A program made the position numbers and the translations under genes. The notes below the pieces were generated by a model. It did no database searches, was not told the DNA's origin, and saw only the letters and a program-made list of their open reading frames with translations. Shown here piece after piece: positions 55,795 to 64,000 of a stretch of 64,000 nt of DNA; position 1 is the first letter of the stretch, and each line of letters begins with the position of its first letter. The DNA is from Haplodiscus bocki (lineage: Eukaryota), in assembly GCA_965655095.1 (NCBI GenBank), contig OZ296651.1:5518001-5582000 (forward strand), read 5' to 3'.

Positions 55795-56371
55795 TATACT
55801 AAACTTTCACGAATTGAGCCGAGCCGCCGACTTATTGACATCTTTGTTTAATTTAGATTTCTAGACGATTCAGGGGAGCGTAAACGTTTGGAGGAAATGA
55901 TTTACGCAGGACAGAAGTGGTACAAGACTTATTGTATAGTCAGTGTTGAATAGGTCAAAGTATGTTAGATGATGAAATTTGTCGCAACACTTTAGATAAG
56001 TTTTCATAAGATTCAACTTAATCTTCTTCCTCTTATCAGCTTAGCTGTGTTGAGTATTTAATTGATAATGACAACTAAAATGTAAGTGACGATTTGTCCA
56101 TTATGTTTGGGGTCGATTATGATTGCAATGTTTGCGAATATTTATTCATCTCTAACGTGAGATTAGTTTTGCCAAGTTCACTGATCCACTCACTAATTTT
56201 TGTTGCAATTCACACAAAACATCAAAATGTAGGCATTGACCCCAAAGTTCTCGTCCAATATTTGATTTGAGAAAAAATGGCCAAAGATTTGATAATTCAG
56301 ACACTCTATTTATTTTTTAACTGTGACTAATGGATCGGGATGCCAAAAAATTATTTTATGTGCAATAATTT

Positions 56372-57157
56372 GGATCTTGTTAAGATTAAACCCCCCAAAC
56401 CAGGCTGGGGGGTGTATATTTAAGTTGGTCGGTTTTGGGGGGTGTTAACTTTATTAGGGGGTGTAAATTTTATAAATTAACACTTTTTTATAAATTAAAA
56501 GGGTCAACTTTTTATAAATTAGATCTTTTTTATAAATTAAAAGTGTTAACTGTTAGAGATTATAAATTGCGCTCAAATACAAACATGTTGTGTAATAAGT
56601 ACCAATTAATCCTTTAATAGACTTTAATCCTTTAATTACTACAAATCATGGTACTATCCGACTCATTTTACTCATTACACCATGTCATCCTACATTAACG
56701 TTATATTGCCTCTCGTTACTGCTGAATCAAATGACCCGTTGATCCTATGGTGAACTTGGGTTTGAACATCACACGGTCAATCACTCAAAGCGTTTTGTAG
56801 CACCTGACGGGACACATACACAGAACATAGAGTCCTACTGGAACCGCATCAAGCAACTGATGAAGAGAATGAATGGCTGCCACAGAGACTTTCTCCACTG
56901 GTACCTCCAGGAGTTCATGTACAGAGAAAGATTCAATGAAGGAAACTTTTTCTTGAATTTTGTTGAGCATATTTCACTTTTTTATCGTGTTTAGAGCATT
57001 TTTTTATTTTGAGTCAAATAAGGCAATATGAGTCAAATAAGTTGGGGGGTGGATACTTAAGTTGGTCAAAACTGGGGGGTGTTAACTTTAGTTGGTCAAA
57101 ACTGGGGGGTTTAAAGTTAACAAGGCCTATTTGGGGGGTTTAATCTTAACAAGATAC
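56372..57157 (+). mobile_element. Merlin (IS1016/ISXO2-like) non-autonomous deletion derivative, 786 bp
   Basis: 28-bp TIRs GGATCTTGTTAAGATTAAACCCCCCAAA (1 mismatch). Perfect 8-bp TSD AATAATTT at 56364-56371 and 57158-57165. Subterminal GGGGGGTG...AGTTGGTC repeats. Confidence 0.93.
56682..56994 (+). pseudogene. Internally deleted Merlin/ISXO2-type transposase remnant
   Basis: 56752-56994 translates ELGFEHHTVNHSKRFVAPDGTHTQNIESYWNRIKQLMKRMNGCHRDFLHWYLQEFMYRERF...*, the HxxVNH / HTQxIExxW / YLxEFxxR signature. It is preceded out of frame by a short ATG peptide, MSSYINVILPLVTAESNDPLILW. Confidence 0.88.
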
Positions 57158-57384
57158 AATAATTTTATAATTTCATCCATGAAGTTTGCGTTCTTTCTTA
57201 ATAAAAATAATGTATTGGATGATTCGAAGAATAAAATAATTTTTTGATTCTATGATATAATTGCATAAAACATCGAAAAAAATGAGCCTCTTTCAGATTA
57301 CCAATTTGATGATTCCAATTGACAAAAGCTGATCAAAGTCTAAGTATTTGGAGATCAATCATCTTTTTGTCGATAAATTTTGCA

Positions 57385-58237
57385 AGCGAATTGTGGCCGC
57401 GGCTTATAGCTTTTTGGAGTTAAATTTTGCGTCCTTAATTCGAACGCGGTCAGTCGAAAAAAACTAGGGTAAGTAAAACTAGTCAACCTCACAAAGAAAA
57501 TAATTGTGGTTGAAAATTTCCCTTCGACTACGTCTGTATTTTGATAATTATCCTAAATGCATTGTCCAGATTCAATTCTTGCATTTTTCTGACGATTGAG
57601 AAGCAAAATTCAACTCGTCAGAAGCAAATTTTTGGTTGCAGCTTCTATTCGTGTGTGGCCTCTACTTTGGGCGAACGAGTTTTTGTGCGGCTGGAATTCG
57701 AATGCAGCCTCGATTCGATCATGCCTATTATTCGAATAAATACGGTATGTAGCTTTTTACACTTGCGGAAGCAAGTGTTGTAACAGAGTCTAAGTTTTTG
57801 TCCGATCTGTCTACAACTGACTCTGGGCTGGGACATTTCGCGCCGCAGTCTCATACTCTACGTACTGTGCCATTATTGCTTGAGAATCTGTGTTTTTATG
57901 TGAAATATCAAGCGAATGAACTATTACAGGGTTTCTTACTTGTATATAAATGTACAAAAATTAACAAAGATTCTGTACACTTGTTATCTGTAGTATTCGT
58001 AGTATCGTGGCCCCTTCAAAAATCAATAATTTTTAGTTTATTTGTTGACTAGTTTTCCATTAACGCAAGTGGTCCGAAGTACAGCTTCGCCTCTGTGCTT
58101 ACTCTTTGACTTCAAGATTGAGCGTACACCGTCCTCGCTACGATTGATTCAAATATTGTCAAGTTTCATCTTAATTCGCCTCGTAGTTAATTCGCCGCTT
58201 TTTCAATTTTTTGACTATATATCGCGGCCCAAAATTT
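57385..58237. mobile_element. Old degenerate foldback/MITE-like element
   Basis: Nested inverted matches: AAAACTAGTCAAC (57475) / GTTGACTAGTTTT (58045), and TGGCCGCGGCTTATAG (~57394) / CTATATATCGCGGCCCA (~58215). Confidence 0.4.
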
Positions 58238-59129
58238 ATTCATTCTCAAAACGTTGAAAATTTGCAGACTATCAAAGCGTGAGAATTTCCAAATTTGTGA
58301 GTGCTCCGAATTTGAAGTATGCCATAAATATCAAATACTTTTATGGGCAGCCATCCATCTGCTCTTGGAGAATAATGTCTGGCAAATCAGTGAACGTTGA
58401 ATGGCTTCAAAGTGACCGATTTCAGAGTTCGTTTCGTGTAGTTGGATGAACAGAACTTTCACGAGGTCAACATCGCAATTCTACAACTGCCAAAAGAACA
58501 TTCACGTTTCAGTCGCGTCGGCTGTTTTCTGCTGACCAAGAAAACTTGTCCGAAACACTCTTCAGTGTCTAAAGTTGCAACATTAGTGACTCTTTTGTGA
58601 CCATCTTAAATGACTTTTTAAATAACCTTTCCTTCAAATTTCTCATCTTTACCGCATCTTTATTCTTTGGTAAGTTTTTGGCGTCATCGAAGTTTTGCCC
58701 ATAAAGCATACTCAATTTTATATTCGGAAACTCACGTCTCTGTTTCCATGTATTAAGATAAGGTTCTAGGGGATTATTTTAATTCAAGGCAGCTATTCAG
58801 GAATTTGTTTCTCGAAAGAAGGTTAAACCTAAAAAACGTTTCAGATTATGTTCATCTATAGCTCCAGAGAAACTTCGGTGAAATTTTTGAAATTTCTGGC
58901 AAAAGTTCTAGAAACTTTAAAACTACTCAACAAGTGGTCCAATTTTCCGGCAACATGCAACAACACAAAATACTTCAAATGTGAGAAATTTTTCAAGCTA
59001 TTCCTAAACAAGAACTTTTGACAATGAAAATTTGTTCATAAATTTTGAACTTGAAATTTATTCATTTTGTCTACAAAAATTACAAACCAGACACTCGGCT
59101 ACCACCGGTATAGTTTCCGCCCTCCAATT

Positions 59130-59460
59130 TTGCTCAAAAAAATTAGTTTTTAGGGAAAATTAACCTTATAAATGCATTAGCCTCTATCAGATTGGCCAAT
59201 TTTGCCCAATTTTGTAAAAAAACTCCCATTTTTTACAAAAATTCAAATTTTGGTCGCAAAAAGGCATTTTCAAGAAAAATTTACCAATTTATCCACACTC
59301 TACGTCTTGCTCTTACATGTCTAAATGCTGCTCCTATTTTTAAAAATTTCGTTGTCTAAAACACCCAAATCTTTTTACTGAAAAAACCATATTTTGGCAC
59401 GCTACTAAGAAACCCTACTATTTCATCCGCATTCTACGACAAATGTGCTATAATTTTCAA
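59130..59460 (+). repeat. Dispersed repeat fragment (copy 2, related to 36250-36570)
   Basis: Shared ~48-bp block ending CATTCTACGACAAATGTGCTATAATTT, with similar A/T-run architecture upstream. Confidence 0.45.
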
Positions 59461-61099
59461 ACTGTTCTTGTTCAACCTCATAATTTCTCTCACGCATGCA
59501 TTAACAAGTGAGCGGAAGAAAACGCACGCGTTGAGTGGATGATTTTCGTTCCAAAAATAAATATGGGCGGAAAATATCAAAGCAATATTACCTTGAATGT
59601 TACGGGGAAAATTATTTGTGGCGCTCTGTAGTCCTTCAATTAATCCAATTCTCGAAATAGATTATTATACTCAATGGAGTCGTTATAACATTTTCTCCCA
59701 AGAAAGTTATTCATTGCTCTTCGTTACGTTCTATACTGTACCTCAGACGCTTTTCACTCTTTACTACTTGCCACTACTGTTACGTCTGTCTTGGCCAAAT
59801 TGCATTTAACATATAACGTCGAAACGTGAACAATCGAAAACAACTCAAACACGTGAGCTCTCACGGGCTGAAAAGAAAACGAAACCGCTTTTATTCGAAT
59901 TATTTACCCGCGCGGACTTAAAATAACTAGATGGATGTCATTAAAAATGACGGGATAAAATGGTATCAAAATTATCTTTCTGGGTCTATTTTTCTTTTCA
60001 GACAAAAGCACCCTGCAAAATTTTGAAAAAATTCAATCTTTTTTCAGTTAATTGGAAATGATCATTTAGCTACTAAGTAATTGTTTGCTATTTTTCATCG
60101 TGATATATTACAAAAGGAAAATTTTTCTATTGAATATGTATACTTTTTTCTCCGCTGGTTTGCCATTTCTGGCTGCGCCAACTGACGTCGTACCTGGCTT
60201 TTTTAGTGTAGTGGGATCGAACGAGGCCGGTCTGGTTTCGATTCCCACTAGAACCAGACGTTCTTACATATTGCATCAACTTGTACTATAAACAAGCCTA
60301 GAATTGTCAGAGTCGGTGTCGCCAGTATGGCTCAAAATACTCATAGGAGACATTTGATTTTGATGTTACCAAAAATTACTTTTTGGCATACTTTTTGGTA
60401 GTAAGTGAAGAAAAACAAAGCTCAGACTGGGATTTGAGTATCCTACTTGTCGGTTCGGCAGATTTTATGAAAAGGTATCACGAAAAAGTTTGGGACCTAA
60501 GTTCCACAATTTCTTCGAAAACAAGTAAATTTTTGGTAGTTTTCGGTATAAAATGTTTTTGACGAGAAGCTACATCTGAGAAAACCTTCAGTTATCATCC
60601 ACTCGATTTTCCGCCGACATTTATGCGCTGTTACTCCTATTTGGTGGAAAATCGAGTGGCTGATATTGGAAGGAAAAAGGCACTACACTTGTTTTTTGAA
60701 ACCGATAGTTCATAATTGGGAAAACTCGAGTATACCGAAAATTGGAAGAGTTATCTTTCGATTTTCCGCCAATATTCACGATGGTCAGTATTAACCCTCG
60801 ATTTTCTGCCAATAGTGGTGCCGAAGATCTTTGCGAGTGCGTTAGTAGGATTTTGTACTTTGTTTTACTGCAACAGTCGGCTTATCGTTCGAAACGCCGA
60901 CGTAGAAAATAGTTTGAAAATGTCAGAAAACTTTATTTTCTGTTTTCCAAGTTGCGCAATTTGTGGTATAAAACTCTAAAATTACATTAATGTGTTAGAA
61001 TATATAATGAAACAATAAATAGAATGAATTTTTTCAATAAAACAAACAAAACCTTCAACAACCGTAATATTTCTTCTATCAATATCCCCTTTGATAGGT

Positions 61100-63000
61100 T
61101 TCAACTTGCAGAAGAGCATTCAACACCTGAAACTCTTAGTTTTTTAGCATCAGAATCCTGATTGACAGGAGATGCGAAAAATATCATTAGTTTTGACTCC
61201 CTCGATTTTAAAAATGACTTTTAGCCAAATGTATCTACTTGATTTGATCCATCAGCACATCAATCGGTTGTATGCTTTTTATAAGAGGGAATCTAATGAA
61301 AATGCCAAAATTGAAAATTCCATAGGAATGCTGATTAGTATCGACTATTGTCGATTTTCAAACTCCGCCGTCTGATTTCCCGCATGAATGTCCTCATCGA
61401 CAGTTTGCAACTAGTAAAGCGGCTCTTGAAACAGAAATAGTTGGTTGTGGTCATCTCACTAAAAAGGGCGGAAGTTGCCATTAGTTTCGGCTTTTCTCGA
61501 TTTTCAAAGTCGACTTTTCAAGCTAGTGGCTTCATTTCTTCTGTTGGTGTCTTAATCGAAAGTTTTCAAATTTCAAGAAAGCGTTCAGCAGTAAAATCTT
61601 AAGTGTCGTCAATGCTATTATTTCTCGGAGACCGACAATTCCGAAAAGTGCCATTGTTATTTACTTGTCTCTATTTTCAAACTCACCAATGTTCATAATT
61701 GCCGGTGTGACTTGTCAATGTTTAATCGACAGATTCTACCTTGTAGAAGGGCTTTCGACACTAAGCTCCTGGTTGTGCTCCCTTGCATAGGAATTCTGGT
61801 AGACACAAGTTGTCAAAAGTTCCGTTAAATTTGACTTTTTTCGATTTTCAAGCGCAGTTTTTTCCAATACTACTTGCTGGAATTGTTCCATCAAATCCTC
61901 AATCGACGACTTTCTAAGTGCAAAAGATAAATCAATAGAATTTTACAACTTATTTTTTATGAATAGGAGTTTCAGTAAACGAGAACTATCGAAGAGTGCA
62001 TTTTTCAAATATATTTCTTTGTTTTCGAACTCAACATTCGAATACCACTAGCTAGATTTCTTCCATCAAAAACCTAAGTTGGTACCTGTTAGTTGGTTGA
62101 AAATTTCTTTTTAGATACTCTATGAACTGCCGGATTAGAACCCTAATAAGGTTAAATAGGCAAAACTGCAATAGGGATTGGTATTTGCTGATGATTCATT
62201 TTTCTCCGAAGTACTGGCTTGATGCCTCTCATCGAAATCTCAATTGACAGATTTCCACTTGTTAAAGGGTATCTGCAGCAATTTTTTGGTGTGTTTTTTG
62301 CATCGGAATCGTGATTGGGTGATGAGCCGAAAAGTTTTCTCAGTACATTTTTCTCGACTGTGTTATTCATTTTCCTACAGAATGAATGCCGGATTTCTTC
62401 TATCAAGTAGAAAGTCATTGGACTCTAAAATGTCAAGTTTGTTCTTTCGTTGGGAACTGTGATAGGTTGCAAAAATCAAAAACTGCAACGTATCACCTTT
62501 CTCCCAAAATCAGGCACTTTCCAGTTCAGCACCTTGCGGTAAACTCATAGCATCAAGGCGTCGAAATTTCGACAGCTCGTTTCCGTATAGTTTCATTTGG
62601 GAAAGGTTTATTCAGTTTTGTTCCGTGCTTTGGAACACTTATAGGCCGAAAAATTCAAATGCCGCTGCTATTTGAAAAATCTCATTTATGGAAAGTGCAT
62701 GTATTTTGTGAGAATTTTGTGGTGTTTTTTGATGAATCAATTCTTAGACCTTGTCGACAGAAAATATCGCAGGGCTGCTGCGCTTCTTGTTGCCAATTGC
62801 TCCTAATTTTTGTGGCAAGTGTTGCATGCCGCCAGATCAAAAAGGAATTTCGGAACGAGATAATTTGGTCTGTCTGTTCTTATTTTGGGAACTGCTGGAT
62901 GTAAACATCCTTCTTTCAAACTTTTTTGTAGTACACGGAAGTTTCTACTTGCTGACTGTTTCAATTCACTTCGTGTGCTGTCTACTAAGTGATTCACTTT
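61100..63000. repeat. Ancient degenerate ~140-180-bp tandem repeat homologous (inverted) to the subrepeats of the macrosatellite unit
   Basis: A core resembling CTGGATTTCTTCCATCAAxxTCTCAATCGAC recurs at ~61265, 61400, 61558, 61728, 61908, 62075, 62247 and 62410. Example: the reverse complement near 62247, CCCTTTAACAAGTGGAAATCTGTCAATTGAGATTTCGATGAGAG, vs unit CCTTCTGCAAGTTCAAAACTGTCGACTGAGACCTTGGTGGGAG. Confidence 0.7.
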
Positions 63001-64000
63001 TCTGTGCAAATTTGTCAATTTTTAGCATGATTTTTTTCTCTTTTGAGTATCATCAATCAATTTACGTGCTTACATTTTGACTATGCCTTTTTCTTACTTC
63101 TTTTTGCTCACCATTCTTGATGTCATTGTTTTTGGAAGTTCATAAGATTCCCCACAGCAAAATGTATTACATTTCCTACCCTCAGGATGAAAATTTTCAG
63201 CCTTAAGGATGCAATGATTTGTTGTTTCTCGTGAAGGGGAACGTGGAAGAATGAAATTGGGGGCAAGAACAGTCTTTTCAAGTGTACTTTGTAGAATATC
63301 CCGGATATTGATTTGTTTCATCTTAGTCAGTGAAGGCAGTTACTTCCAAGGCGGTTGGTAATTATCCACTCAAGTAAACCTTGGATTCACTTCCATGTGC
63401 AGGTGTAGAGTAATTAGTTAACTTCCGACTCTCCGTTTACTCTATTTGCTTTCAATTTTTGTGATTTCTCGATATTTACTGCTTTTTCAAAGTTATGTCA
63501 AATTCAGTTCACCAGTAGTTACCTGACTTCCTCGGTTCTTAATTTGCTAATTTCTGACCCTGGGAAAGCTTACATGGAAGTTAACAGGCTTTAAAACAGC
63601 TCCAGCTCAATGGGGATTAAATTTATGGTTTGTAATGAGCAAAATGTTGGAATCACTTTTCTGCAAAAACCATTAGCAAGGTACATTTTTCACATTATGG
63701 TGTTTTTTGTCTAAATGGTACAGTATTAGTGTTTGCAGGCGTTTAGAGGGGGATGGGCTGGCGGTGACAGAGCTCACGAGACCAAAATGAAGCTCAATAT
63801 TGGATTTTCCAAACGCACAATTATTTCCCAGAAATGCGTAGTTTGCATCTGATAATCTGCTAAAATGAAAACCTTTTGTTAAAAATTTGCAAACAAAGAC
63901 CAATTTGTCCTAGATATCATATTACTGAACTTACTTAACTTTGCTACCATACTTAACCTTAACAAATAGATTCTATCAATCACATTAACCTAGTTTTGTT

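Noticed and set aside
55857-55952. Candidate downstream exon FLDDSGERKRLEEMIYAGQKWYKTYC
   Set aside because: Looks coding, but neither acceptor is in phase 0 to join exon 5 directly and no intermediate exon was found. Left unresolved.

Overview
AT-rich eukaryotic (probably invertebrate animal) genomic DNA with GT-AG introns, not prokaryotic. Bases 1-~35.8 kb are a macrosatellite: 18 complete head-to-tail copies of a ~1985-bp unit plus a short partial copy. The array continues off the left edge and shows dimeric higher-order structure and mosaic units. The unit is itself built from an older, degenerate ~155-175-bp repeat. Old copies of that repeat also occur outside the array (~36.9-39.1 kb and ~61.1-63 kb, mostly inverted) and give a recurring ~55-aa translation motif that I cannot assign to a family. 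A spliced + strand gene can be assembled from five phase-compatible exons (41409-47680, 953 codons, Ser/Pro-rich, 3' end unresolved). Downstream lie a foldback element, a complete but inactivated pogo/Tigger element (TIRs, TA TSD, DD30D), a deleted Merlin/IS1016-type element (GG-TIRs, 8-bp TSD) and several degenerate MITE-like inverted repeats. Most short ORFs in the supplied track are repeat artefacts.
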